DNA of 64,000 bases from an uncultured Clostridia bacterium (GTDB lineage: Bacteria; Bacillota; Clostridia; Oscillospirales; CAG-272). The notes below the pieces were generated by a model. That model was not told where the DNA came from. It was given only the letters and a program-made list of their open reading frames with translations, and ran no database searches. The stretch lies in the NCBI GenBank assembly GCA_937884385.1, contig CALGCW010000123.1:580-64579 (forward strand), written 5' to 3'. Below, piece after piece: positions 17,401 to 26,405 of this stretch (positions are counted from its first letter, which is position 1; each line of letters begins with the position of its first letter). Position numbers and translations under genes: made by a program.

Positions 17401-18502
17401 CCACAATGCCGATGACGGTTGGGACCTCTTTGCTAAGGTGGCAACAGGTCCTATCGGATCAGTAACCATCAAAAACTGTGTCGCATACTCCAACGGCTAC
17501 CGTCTTGACGGCGGCAAGGAAGGTAACGGTAACGGCTTCAAGCTTGGCGGCGACAATCTTAAGGGCGCACATAAGCTTATTAACTGTGTAGCCTTCTATA
17601 ACAAGCAGAAGGGTATCGACTCCAACTCCTGCCCCGATATCTATGTTGAAAACTGCATAAGCTATAACAACGGTTCTTATAACGTAGCTTTCTACACAAA
17701 GAATCAGTCAACAGACTTCACAGGCAAGGGCATTATCTCCTTCAAGGATGAAAACGTAGTTAACGTTCATCCCGGAAGCGACGATAAATTCCTCTATCCG
17801 AAGGGTGTTAAGGTCGGCGACGAGCTCAAGCCCTACGGAACACAGACCGAAAGCAAGATCTATAACGACTCCTGCTACTATATGTACACAGACGACTTCA
17901 AGTCCGTGAACACAAGCGGCGTTGAGATCACCGCTGATATGTTCAAGTCACTTGAATTCACAGGATACACGAGAAATGAAGACGGCTCCATCAACCTTAA
18001 CGGATTCCTTGAGCTCAACTCCAACGCTCCCTCTAATGCGGGCGCAGATCTCAGCAAGTTCACCGCTATGACTCCCCCCGAGCTTGTTCCCGACCTTGAG
18101 CACAATCTCGGTGATTGGACAAGTGATGACCCATACGTTCACTGGATCGAATGTGAGTGCGGATTCAAGGCTAACCTTGGTGAGCACGAGTTTGAATACG
18201 TGATCGACAAAGAGCCCACTGCAACGACTCCCGGATACAAGCACAACGAGTGTAAGATCTGTGGCCTCAAGAAGGCACAGATCGAGATCCCCGCACTTGG
18301 CGGCGCTGCTTGCGACGAGCACGTTGACAGAAATACCGATGGCTTCTGCGATATTTGTGACGAAGAAGTTGAGATTCCCGAGGATCCTCAACCCGGCGAA
18401 CCCGGAGAATCTACTCCTCCGAGCATCTTTGAAGACTTTGCAGGCTTCTGGGCTTGGCTCTGGAACGAGATTGTAAAATTCTTCGCTTCCCTTTTTGCAT
18501 AA
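14417..18502 (+). CDS. Secreted multidomain pectate lyase-like protein (PL9-type right-handed beta-helix) with C-terminal Cys/His module and hydrophobic tail
   Basis: It has RBS GGAGG and a signal peptide (MKTKLKTKLMSLLLAVLLLLP...). Ig/FN3-like and beta-sandwich modules cover aa ~30-790. A beta-helix region (YVSPTGVYNGNGTREHPYDL..., NGNGFKLGG, ADDGWDL) is typical of PL9/DUF1565 pectate lyases. The C-terminus carries CxC/CxxC motifs and the hydrophobic tail FAGFWAWLWNEIVKFFASLFA. Confidence 0.75.
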   Translation: MKTKLKTKLMSLLLAVLLLLPTMMPVIGIFAEEDITTYVLEANELSTFAPGKPDGTTEVAGTDRFFTLHYSAKSKVDTSKNKVWDDGYGNPDPEVSVHRINLQGKMSVGEVIKNCISFKTQGAATVKIWWVCGGDGREFGIADAEGTVITQTNDSPTNGTLYISEMSISSEGQYYLGGLEGNNYIFKVEVTTKTLDKGPRADWSTVEAPTISSVTTNAAGKVEVNANGFVDHHGADYLEFRLLDKDGKVISYVRSNSAETQHARTFSPYESGDYSVQVALVREGEMEKASEVLPYSFVLPLGTPYITNVNNLGGGSVHIVWNPVLEAETYEITVNDGEPFTTEARDLTLEGLSLGENTIQITAIRGSESVAANPKTFTVTEAAQIGWNYTLYGPGAKPANNSCTVNKDGTVTIKSENNGGKLQPQSYNGLGFYYTAVPSDVNFTFRGTIHVDSWVFTNGQEGFGLMVSDHVPSFDYDSSETFLTNSYQAVSTKIEYKYLVDEEGNYYMNTTASPVGTKYTMKLGIGTISKTGVTPDALNKQALLGDNEQIIFGGNGYLKTVLQSFERSAGFCNLDAGTYNIIGNWQGDTPEGTLDEEYIITDITFEITKNNTGYFITYFGREGEVLLKNYYDCEEGKDYTDYENVSDYDPLAQFDSDYVYIGMFAARYATVTFSDFTLTLRDKEEDPEPEERPIEYITPTITVTSSNNISTPNYELVADSNVDGWIEVKVNNRVILENQPIRKYERFTKIFDLSEIISLGENAIIVSFKADPDQELEQFTKLEKLDAEAYEDVLTYFKGSYHTKTIYVSPTGVYNGNGTREHPYDLYTAVNCVIPGQTIVLMEGTYILKQGLRIQRGMNGTQENPIRLIADPEAETRPVLDFNNEGTGITHGGNWWYFYGFDVTNTSVQLASKGFQISGNNNVVENVHAYKNGNTGIQISRYHTADMYKEQWPANNLILNCESWGNADQGGEDADGFAAKLTIGEGNVFDGCVAHHNADDGWDLFAKVATGPIGSVTIKNCVAYSNGYRLDGGKEGNGNGFKLGGDNLKGAHKLINCVAFYNKQKGIDSNSCPDIYVENCISYNNGSYNVAFYTKNQSTDFTGKGIISFKDENVVNVHPGSDDKFLYPKGVKVGDELKPYGTQTESKIYNDSCYYMYTDDFKSVNTSGVEITADMFKSLEFTGYTRNEDGSINLNGFLELNSNAPSNAGADLSKFTAMTPPELVPDLEHNLGDWTSDDPYVHWIECECGFKANLGEHEFEYVIDKEPTATTPGYKHNECKICGLKKAQIEIPALGGAACDEHVDRNTDGFCDICDEEVEIPEDPQPGEPGESTPPSIFEDFAGFWAWLWNEIVKFFASLFA

Positions 18503-18514
18503 TTAACAAATAAA

Positions 18515-18550
18515 AATTCCCCCGAGAGTTAATTCTCTCGGGGGTTTCAT
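18515..18550. terminator. Bidirectional rho-independent terminator
   Basis: 10-bp GC-rich stem CCCCCGAGAG / CTCTCGGGGG (18519-18528 / 18535-18544) with A/T runs on both sides. It lies between the convergent stops at 18502 and 18558. Confidence 0.65.
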
Positions 18551-18557
18551 ATTTGTT

Positions 18558-19775
18558 TTATATTCCGTATTTTTCAATTATAAAGTCCATATCCTTATCG
18601 CCTCTACCGGATAGATTGATAAGCACGGATCCTTTATCCATAGTTTTAGCAAGACGAATACCGTATGCTACTGCATGTGCACTTTCAATGGCTGGGATTA
18701 TTCCTTCAAGCCTTGCAAGGGTATAGAATGCATCAACGGTCTCCTCATCGTTTACAACGTCATACTTAACTCTTCCAATATCGCGAAGAAATGCGTGCTC
18801 AGGCCCTGAAGATGGATAATCCAGACCGCTTGCGATGGAATATACAGGCGCAGGATCACCAAATTCGTCTTTGAGCATAATGCTGTTAAAACCATGCATT
18901 ATTCCCTCTTCGCCATACTGAAGACTTGCGGCGTGATTGCCAAATCCACTTCCTCTTCCAAGAGGCTCGACACCGTAAATATCAACGGGATCATTCAAAA
19001 ATCCCGAGAACATACCTATCGAATTTGAACCGCCGCCAACACAAGCAACTACTGCATCGGGAAGCTCGCCTGTCATGGCAACAAACTGTTCCCTTGCCTC
19101 AATTCCGACTACACTTTGAAAATCTCTAACCATCATTGGGAACGGATGAGGTCCAACAACCGAGCCAATGCAATATATTGCGTCCTTATACTCTCGTGCA
19201 TATGCCTCAAAGGCTGCATCTACGGCTTCTTTCAGTGTTGCATCACCGTGTGTCACCTCAATAACATTTGCACCGAGAATTCTCATTCTGGCTACGTTAG
19301 GCGCTTGTTTTTCAATATCAACTGAACCCATGTATATATCGCATTCAAGTCCAAAGTATGCAGCTGCAGTAGCAAGTGCTACTCCATGAGATCCGGCACC
19401 GGTTTCTGCGATAACTTTCTTTTTCCCCATATAGCTTGCAAGAAGTGCTTCCCCCATACAATGATTTATTTTATGTGCACCTGTGTGATTTAAATCTTCT
19501 CTTTTGACATAGAGCTGCACACCCGTACCAATACTGTTTGATAATCTTTCCAAATGCGAAATCGGTGTTGGTCTACCTTGAAAATCCCGTCTTATACGTC
19601 GAAGCTCGCCAATAAATCTGGCAGACTTACAAATCGTATGATAAGCCGCATCTATTTCCGCCATTGCAGCCTTGAGCTCGTCGGAAATATATGCACCGCC
19701 ATATCTGCCGAAATATCCCTCACGGTTAGGGTAATTTTTGAAATAAGTTTCAAAATCTATATTATTGTATTTCAT
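18558..19775 (-). CDS. trpB: Tryptophan synthase beta chain homolog (PLP-dependent), orphan
   Basis: TrpB blocks are present: [14 protein letters not shown] (PLP lysine), [46 protein letters not shown] and LSGRGDKD. No trpA or other trp genes occur in the window. Confidence 0.8.
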   Translation of the reverse strand: MKYNNIDFETYFKNYPNREGYFGRYGGAYISDELKAAMAEIDAAYHTICKSARFIGELRRIRRDFQGRPTPISHLERLSNSIGTGVQLYVKREDLNHTGAHKINHCMGEALLASYMGKKKVIAETGAGSHGVALATAAAYFGLECDIYMGSVDIEKQAPNVARMRILGANVIEVTHGDATLKEAVDAAFEAYAREYKDAIYCIGSVVGPHPFPMMVRDFQSVVGIEAREQFVAMTGELPDAVVACVGGGSNSIGMFSGFLNDPVDIYGVEPLGRGSGFGNHAASLQYGEEGIMHGFNSIMLKDEFGDPAPVYSIASGLDYPSSGPEHAFLRDIGRVKYDVVNDEETVDAFYTLARLEGIIPAIESAHAVAYGIRLAKTMDKGSVLINLSGRGDKDMDFIIEKYGI

Positions 19776-19863
19776 AGTTTTCTCCTAATAAAGCGATTTT
19801 AAACATTATATCACTAATATCTTCCTATGTCAATGGCAATAGCGCATTGTTTATGTATTATTT

Positions 19864-19890
19864 AAAAAAGCGCACCCTTGGGGTGCGCTT
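19864..19890 (-). terminator. Rho-independent terminator after kduD
   Basis: Stem GCGCACCC / GGGTGCGC. On the minus strand it is followed by TTTTTT, and it lies immediately downstream of the kduD stop (19898). Confidence 0.65.
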
Positions 19891-19897
19891 TGATTTA

Positions 19898-20701
19898 TTA
19901 TCCGGGCTGCTTGCCGAAGTATGCTTGGATACCGCCGTCAACGTAAAGGATCTGTCCGTTTACGAAATCGGATGCGCTTGAAGCGAGGAATACAGCAGGT
20001 CCTGCAAGGTCCTCGGGATCGCCCCAACGTCCTGCGGGAGTCTTTGTGTCGGTAATGAAGCTATCAAACGGATGCTTGCTTCCGTCTGCCTGTGGCTCAC
20101 GGAGAGGCGCTGTCTGAGGTGTAGCAATGTATCCGGGACCGATACCGTTGCACTGAATATTGTACATACCGTACTCGGATGCAATGTTTCTTGTAAGCAT
20201 CTTAAGACCACCCTTTGCAGAAGCGTAAGCGGAGACTGTTTCACGTCCGAATTCGCTCATCATAGAGCAGATATTGATTATTTTACCTCTTCTCTGCTTG
20301 ATCATTGAAGGAAGAACTGCCTTGGAAACGATGAAGGGCGCGTTGAGGTCAACGTCGATTACCTGGCGAAACTCGCTTGCCTTCATTTCGATCATGGGAA
20401 TTCTCTTAATGATACCCGCGTTGTTAACAAGAATATCAATAACGCCTACCTCTTTTTCGATCTGTGCTACCATTGCCTGAACTGCATCTTCGTCGGTAAC
20501 ATCGCAAACGTATCCCTTTGCATCGATACCGTCTGCCGCGTATGAAGCAAGACCTCTGTCAACAAACTCCTGTTTGATATCGTTGAATACGATCTTTGCG
20601 CCTGCTGCGTGAAGTCCCTTTGCGATTGCATAGCCAATGCCGTAGGAAGCGCCCGTTATAAGGGCAACCTTGCCCTCAAGAGAAAAATTCATTTTGCTCA
20701 T
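19898..20701 (-). CDS. kduD: 2-dehydro-3-deoxy-D-gluconate 5-dehydrogenase (SDR family)
   Basis: SDR motifs are TGASYGIG, NNAG and YASAKGG (YxxxK). It lies directly downstream of kduI, as in classical kduI-kduD pairs. Confidence 0.8.
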   Translation of the reverse strand: MSKMNFSLEGKVALITGASYGIGYAIAKGLHAAGAKIVFNDIKQEFVDRGLASYAADGIDAKGYVCDVTDEDAVQAMVAQIEKEVGVIDILVNNAGIIKRIPMIEMKASEFRQVIDVDLNAPFIVSKAVLPSMIKQRRGKIINICSMMSEFGRETVSAYASAKGGLKMLTRNIASEYGMYNIQCNGIGPGYIATPQTAPLREPQADGSKHPFDSFITDTKTPAGRWGDPEDLAGPAVFLASSASDFVNGQILYVDGGIQAYFGKQPG

Positions 20702-20718
20702 AGCTATAATCTCCTTTA

Positions 20719-21549
20719 TTATCTAAGATCCTTTGTGAGAATGTGGTCCATATCAGTAAACTCCTGATTTTCGCCGCACATTGCCCAAATGAAGGAATAG
20801 TTTCTTGTACCAACACCGCTGTGGATAGACCAAGAGGGTGAAATAACCGCTTCTTCATTGTGCATAATAATATGTCTTGTTTCGTTCGGCTCACCCATCA
20901 TATGGAATACTGCATCGTTCTCGTCCATATCAAGATAGAAGTATACCTCCATTCTTCTTGCGTGTGTGTGCGAGGGCATCGTGTTCCAGTTTGAGCCTAC
21001 CTCAAGCTGGGTAAGTCCCATAGAAAGCTGACAGGACTGCATTACCTCGGGGTGAATGTACTGATTGATAACTCTCTTATTGCAATCCTCAAGAGAACCG
21101 CAAGGTACTTTTCTTGCCTTTGTGATGTCTATCTTTCTGATAGGATATTCCGTGTGTGCAGGGCAGCTCGTCGCATAGAATTTTGCGGGAGAAGCGGGGT
21201 CAACGGAACGGAAAACGATATCCTTGTGACCGCGACCGACGTATATACCGTCTCTGGGATTCATCTCATATACATCACCGTCGATAACTATCTCGCCCTT
21301 ACCGCCGATATTGATGCATCCAAGCTCTCTGCGCTGAAGGAAATATTCAGCAGCAAGCTCCTTGCCTGCTTCAAGCGAAAGCTCCGCATCCACGGGATAG
21401 ATTCCGAGAACGATTATTCTGTCAATGTGGCTATATACCATCTTAACGACGTCCTTTGTGAAAAGACCCGAAATATGGAATTCCTCTCTAAGTCTGTCAG
21501 TAGTATAATATTTAACGTCTTTTGCATTAGCAGCATCTCTTACTTCCAT
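20719..21549 (-). CDS. kduI: 5-dehydro-4-deoxy-D-glucuronate isomerase
   Basis: MVYSHIDRIIVLGI and the cupin His cluster (PSHTHARRMEVYFY) match KduI. I chose the start at MEVRD (ATG 21549) because it has RBS AAAGGAG 7 nt upstream. The track ORF extends 8 codons further. Confidence 0.9.
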   Translation of the reverse strand: MEVRDAANAKDVKYYTTDRLREEFHISGLFTKDVVKMVYSHIDRIIVLGIYPVDAELSLEAGKELAAEYFLQRRELGCINIGGKGEIVIDGDVYEMNPRDGIYVGRGHKDIVFRSVDPASPAKFYATSCPAHTEYPIRKIDITKARKVPCGSLEDCNKRVINQYIHPEVMQSCQLSMGLTQLEVGSNWNTMPSHTHARRMEVYFYLDMDENDAVFHMMGEPNETRHIIMHNEEAVISPSWSIHSGVGTRNYSFIWAMCGENQEFTDMDHILTKDLR

Positions 21550-21641
21550 AACTTTACTCCTTTGTAAAATCAAAATTTTGTCATTTTAAAGATACCATAT
21601 TTCACAGAATAAATCAAGTGTTTTTGCCAATTTGTTTATAT

Positions 21642-21660
21642 TTTGTATATATTATACAAA
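21642..21660. promoter_or_regulatory. Candidate operator palindrome upstream of kduI
   Basis: TTTGTATA-tat-TATACAAA has 8-bp perfect arms and lies about 93-111 nt upstream of the kduI start. The GT...AC core is reminiscent of GntR-family operators. Confidence 0.3.
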
Positions 21661-21792
21661 CAATATATAGTTCACGTAAATTTGAGCGAATTATTTTCAA
21701 AAAACTATAGAAATATTGATACTTTTGTGTTATAATGATTATAATTAGGTTAATTATACCTTTCAATAATTTTATTTGGATTTGGAGGGCTT

Positions 21793-24201
21793 ATGGCTCA
21801 TTACATAGAAAGCATACAAAGATATACCTTGCCTCTTGTCGTTCTTAACGGCACGGTCGCATTCCCCGCGATAAGTGTCAACTTTGAACTATCTGACAAG
21901 GCAAACATTGCGGCTGTTGAAGCGGCAAACAACATTAATTCGTTTATTTTCATAGTTTCAAAAAAAGAGATCTCAAACGATCCCATCAGCTTTGATAAAA
22001 TATTCAACATAGGAACTGTAGCAAAGATAAAGCAGACCATCAAAACAAACGACGGCAAGCTCAGGGTCGTTGCCGAGGGATTTGCCCGCGGAAGCGCAGA
22101 GGGCTATAACAGCTTTGCGAATTACAGAATAGCAAATGTCATCTGCAAAAAGATCAGCGCAGAGGATACGGATACCGTCAAAACCGAAGCACTTATGCGC
22201 AAGGCTATTGCCGCGGTCGAAAAAATGGCGTCTTACCTCCCTGCCCCCTCAAAGGATATTATATCTGCACTTAAAGGAATAAAGGATGCAGGCGCGCTTG
22301 CAGACTTTATCGCATCAAATATACTTGTAAGACACACGGATAAGCAAAAGATACTCGCTTGCGAGGACCCACATCTCAGGCTTGAAATGCTTCTGCCCAT
22401 TATTGCAGAGGAAAGCGAGCTTCTCGAGTGCGAAAAGAGCATCCACCAGCAAGTCAGAGCACGCCTTAACAGAAATCAGCGTGACTTCTATCTTCGTGAG
22501 CAGATGCGTGTTATCAAGGAGGAGCTTGGTGAGACCAATGACGGCGACGAATATTACGACCGCATAATTGACGCACACCTTCCCGAGGACGTCACTCAGA
22601 AGCTTCTTAAGGACGCTGAACGCACATCCCGTCTTCCCTTCGGCTCTGCAGAGCTCTCGGTCATGAGGACCTATTTTGATACGGTCCTTGATATTCCGTG
22701 GAACGTATCAAGTAAGGACAGGACCGATGTGAGCGCGGCTTCAAAGATACTTGAAAGAGATCACGACGGACTTGAGGACGTCAAAAAAAGGATACTTGAA
22801 TTCATCGCGGTCAAGGAACTAAATCCCGACCTTAAAAATCAGATAATATGTCTTGTCGGACCTCCCGGTGTCGGCAAGACCTCCATTGCTTCGTCAATCG
22901 CAACGGCTCTAAAGCGCAAATACGTTCGCGTAAGCCTTGGCGGCGTGCGTGACGAAGCGGATATACGCGGTCACAGAAAGACCTACGTGGGTGCAATGCC
23001 CGGCAGAATAATCAATGCTCTGATTCAGGCAAAGGTCAATAATCCCCTTATGCTGCTTGACGAGATCGATAAGCTCACGCGTGACGCGCACGGCGACCCC
23101 ACAAGCGCACTGCTTGAGGTGCTTGACAGCGAGCAGAACAAGAGCTTCCGCGACCATTTCGTTGAGCTGCCCTTCGACCTTTCAAATTGCTTCTTTATCG
23201 CAACGGCGAACACACTCGATACCATTCCCCGTCCCCTTATCGACAGAATGGAAATAATCGAGATCAAGACCTATACCAAGCGCGAAAAGATGAGCATTGC
23301 AAAGAATCATCTTATCTCAAAGCAGCTCAAGCGCCACGGGCTCAGCAAAAAAACACTCAAGATAGCTGACAGCGCCATCGAAGAGATGATAGACTTTTAC
23401 ACAAGAGAAGCGGGTGTCCGTAATCTTGAAAGAACCATCGCTTCCCTTTGCAGAAAAGCGGCTCACAAGCTGCTTTCCGACAACGTTAAGAGCGTCAGCG
23501 TGAATGCAGGTAATCTCTCTTCCTTCCTTGGAGAAAGAAAGTACCTTCCCGAGACCGTAAGCGAATACAACGAGGTAGGAGTTGTCAACGGCCTCGCATA
23601 TACGGAGCTTGGCGGTGATATGCTTAAGCTTGAGTGCGCAATACTTGAAGGCAGCGGAAAGGTAGAGCTTACAGGCTCTCTTGGCGACGTAATGAAGGAA
23701 TCCGCGCATATCGCAATAAGCTACGTTCGCTCCATCGCACAAAAATATGACATCGACGTCAATTTCTATAAAAACAAGGATATCCACATCCACGCACCCG
23801 AGGGTGCCGTTCCCAAGGACGGTCCAAGTGCAGGTGTAACGATGGTGACAGCGCTTGTAAGCGCTCTTGCGGATATTCCCGTTCGCCGCGACGTTGCTAT
23901 GACGGGTGAGATCACTCTCCGCGGTAAGGTACTCCCTATCGGCGGTCTTAAGGAAAAAACGATGGCGGCGTATAACGCAGGTGTCAAGACCGTGCTTATT
24001 CCCTTTGACAATCTTAAGGATCTTAACGATATCGACCCGCTTGCGCGCGATAATCTCAAGTTTATACCCTGCAGGACTCTCTCCGACGTGCTCGATAATG
24101 CTCTGATAGACAGAGGATCCATATCAATTTTTGAAAACGCGATCCCCCACGTTGCAGAAACGGGCACAGTTAACGTTAATTCAACCGTTTACAGAAAGTA
24201 G
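21793..24201 (+). CDS. lon: ATP-dependent Lon protease (endopeptidase La)
   Basis: It has a LON N-domain, Walker A GPPGVGKTS and the protease catalytic block PKDGPSAGVTMVTALVSAL. RBS is GGAGGG. Confidence 0.95.
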   Translation: MAHYIESIQRYTLPLVVLNGTVAFPAISVNFELSDKANIAAVEAANNINSFIFIVSKKEISNDPISFDKIFNIGTVAKIKQTIKTNDGKLRVVAEGFARGSAEGYNSFANYRIANVICKKISAEDTDTVKTEALMRKAIAAVEKMASYLPAPSKDIISALKGIKDAGALADFIASNILVRHTDKQKILACEDPHLRLEMLLPIIAEESELLECEKSIHQQVRARLNRNQRDFYLREQMRVIKEELGETNDGDEYYDRIIDAHLPEDVTQKLLKDAERTSRLPFGSAELSVMRTYFDTVLDIPWNVSSKDRTDVSAASKILERDHDGLEDVKKRILEFIAVKELNPDLKNQIICLVGPPGVGKTSIASSIATALKRKYVRVSLGGVRDEADIRGHRKTYVGAMPGRIINALIQAKVNNPLMLLDEIDKLTRDAHGDPTSALLEVLDSEQNKSFRDHFVELPFDLSNCFFIATANTLDTIPRPLIDRMEIIEIKTYTKREKMSIAKNHLISKQLKRHGLSKKTLKIADSAIEEMIDFYTREAGVRNLERTIASLCRKAAHKLLSDNVKSVSVNAGNLSSFLGERKYLPETVSEYNEVGVVNGLAYTELGGDMLKLECAILEGSGKVELTGSLGDVMKESAHIAISYVRSIAQKYDIDVNFYKNKDIHIHAPEGAVPKDGPSAGVTMVTALVSALADIPVRRDVAMTGEITLRGKVLPIGGLKEKTMAAYNAGVKTVLIPFDNLKDLNDIDPLARDNLKFIPCRTLSDVLDNALIDRGSISIFENAIPHVAETGTVNVNSTVYRK

Positions 24202-24208
24202 GACAGCT

Positions 24209-24811
24209 ATGGCAGTAAATATTCAAAATACGAGCCTGCGTATCAGCGCAGGTCTTGCAAAGCAATTTCCGACCGACCCTATAAAGCAGGTAGCTTTCTC
24301 AGGGCGTTCAAACGTCGGAAAAAGCTCCCTTATAAATACCGTTCTCGGAAGAAAAAGCCTTGCACGCGTTTCTTCTATACCCGGAAAGACTATTACTATC
24401 AACTTTTATGACGTTGACAAGAAGCTTTTTCTCGTTGACCTTCCAGGCTACGGCTATGCGAAGCGCCAGCTTGAAAATAAGCAGGCTTGGTCAAGTCTTA
24501 CCGACGGATATTTTACGCAGAACAAAAATATAGACCTTCTCTCACTCGTCATTCAGCTCGTTGACTGCAAGGTCGGCATAACGAACGACGATGCTATGAT
24601 GATATCATTCCTCAACGAGATGGAGATACCCTATATCATCGTTGCCACAAAGGTCGACAAGCTCAACAAAACTGACAGAACGAAGCAGCTTGAGAAGATA
24701 TCCTCAGACGAGCTTCTTGCCCCCAACACACTTGTAATTCCATTTTCATCCCACACGGGCGAAGGAAAAACGGAGCTCTGGAAGGAAATAATGAAACACA
24801 CCGGTCTTTGA
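24209..24811 (+). CDS. engB: Ribosome biogenesis GTP-binding protein YihA/EngB
   Basis: Motifs G1 GRSNVGKSS, G3 DLPGYG and G4 TKVDK are present. The ATG at 24209 follows the lon stop, and the longer track ORF overlaps lon. Confidence 0.9.
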   Translation: MAVNIQNTSLRISAGLAKQFPTDPIKQVAFSGRSNVGKSSLINTVLGRKSLARVSSIPGKTITINFYDVDKKLFLVDLPGYGYAKRQLENKQAWSSLTDGYFTQNKNIDLLSLVIQLVDCKVGITNDDAMMISFLNEMEIPYIIVATKVDKLNKTDRTKQLEKISSDELLAPNTLVIPFSSHTGEGKTELWKEIMKHTGL

Positions 24812-24831
24812 TCGGTCACCCGGAGGCTATT

Positions 24832-25608
24832 ATGTTTGGAAATATACTCAATGAATTGCCTATAATTCTCCTTGGACTGCCCGCAATATTACTGTCCTTA
24901 TCAGTACACGAGGCATCCCACGGCTACGCCGCATACAAACTCGGCGACGATACAGCCAAAAATCTCGGAAGACTCACACTTAATCCAATTAAGCATATAA
25001 ATCCGTTTGGATTTATTGCTATGCTCTTTTTCAGAATAGGATGGGCAAATCCCGTCCCCATCAACGCAAGGAATTTCAGAAAGCCAAGACGCGATATGGC
25101 GATAACCGCCGCGGCAGGGCCTCTCTCAAATCTCTGCCTTGCAGTGGTATTTACCGTTCTGCTCAGACTTGTGATGATACCTCTTGAGTCAATCGCAGAA
25201 GGCAGATACTTTCTTGATGCAACTAAATACTCGTATTATCTTGATCCATCGGTCAGCGATAATACTGCGTTTACGTTTTTGTCCATTATCGCCGTTATGC
25301 TTTACATAGGCATAGGATTGAATCTCAACCTTATGTTTTTCAACCTTATCCCCCTTCCCCCGCTTGACGGCTCAAGAATTGCATATATCTTCTTACCCAC
25401 AGACGTCTATTTTAAGATAATGAGATACGAAAGATATATTATGATAGCATTTATCGTTCTTCTTGCAACCGGTATTATTTCAGTACCCCTCGGCTTATTG
25501 ACGGGCGGTATCACAGACCTTCTCTACCTTATCACGGGTATGCCCGAGGATCTGCTTACTATCGTATACAGCAATATTCTCAACAATCTCCCCGCATTCA
25601 CTTTATAA
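24832..25608 (+). CDS. Site-2 protease family (peptidase M50) membrane metalloprotease
   Basis: HEASHG (HExxH) lies in the first TM region, the protein has multiple TM helices, and a LIPLPPLDGS motif is present. Confidence 0.75.
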   Translation: MFGNILNELPIILLGLPAILLSLSVHEASHGYAAYKLGDDTAKNLGRLTLNPIKHINPFGFIAMLFFRIGWANPVPINARNFRKPRRDMAITAAAGPLSNLCLAVVFTVLLRLVMIPLESIAEGRYFLDATKYSYYLDPSVSDNTAFTFLSIIAVMLYIGIGLNLNLMFFNLIPLPPLDGSRIAYIFLPTDVYFKIMRYERYIMIAFIVLLATGIISVPLGLLTGGITDLLYLITGMPEDLLTIVYSNILNNLPAFTL

Positions 25609-25625
25609 ATTCAGGAGTTTTCTAA

Positions 25626-26405
25626 ATGGAAAGCATTACTTACAGACTCGATCAGTTTGAAGGTCCTTTAGACCTTTTGCTGACTCTGATCCACAAGAAC
25701 AAAGTTAATATTGAGGATATCCCCATCGCGCTCATATGCGATCAGTATATGCAATACATCACAGATGCGCAGAATATGGACCTTGAGATCGCCAGCGAGT
25801 TTATAGTAATGGCAAGCGATCTGATGCTTATAAAGAGCAAGATGCTTCTTCCCCGTGAAAAAGAGGAAGAGGAAGACCCGAGAAAGACCCTTACCGATGC
25901 CCTTCTTCGCTATCAGCAGGCTAAGGACGCAAGTGCAAAGATGCATCCGCTGTATGCAATGTTTTCAGGCAGACAGATAAAGGATACGGATGAGATAAGT
26001 ATCGACCGCAGCTTTGTCGACGATCAGGACGTCGAGGTCCTATATCGAGCTATGCGACGCATCGTTGACTTCAACGATGCCCTTGACAAGGCACAAAAAA
26101 CTGCATTTACGCCAATGATCGCAAAGCCGATAGTTCCCGTCGAGCACAAGATTCTCGGCATTATGAAGCGCCTTACGACCTCAAGATATCAAACCCTTGA
26201 GGATTTTATCAGCGACAGCGTTTCCCTGCCCGATATGATCGCAATATTTATCGGTGTGCTTGAGCTTGTCAAGACAAAGAGGATCATTCTTGTAGAAAAT
26301 GACGAGACCGAGGATAACTACGGAATATCGACCGTATTCACATTAAATGAAAACTACGTGCCCGAGGAAGAGACCGAGGGCGACGGTGATAAGGAGAGCT
26401 TATGA
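25626..26405 (+). CDS. scpA: Segregation and condensation protein A
   Basis: The N-terminus FEGPLDLLLTLIHKNKVNIEDIPIA is the characteristic ScpA kleisin block. It is followed by scpB with a 4-nt overlap. Confidence 0.85.
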   Translation: MESITYRLDQFEGPLDLLLTLIHKNKVNIEDIPIALICDQYMQYITDAQNMDLEIASEFIVMASDLMLIKSKMLLPREKEEEEDPRKTLTDALLRYQQAKDASAKMHPLYAMFSGRQIKDTDEISIDRSFVDDQDVEVLYRAMRRIVDFNDALDKAQKTAFTPMIAKPIVPVEHKILGIMKRLTTSRYQTLEDFISDSVSLPDMIAIFIGVLELVKTKRIILVENDETEDNYGISTVFTLNENYVPEEETEGDGDKESL

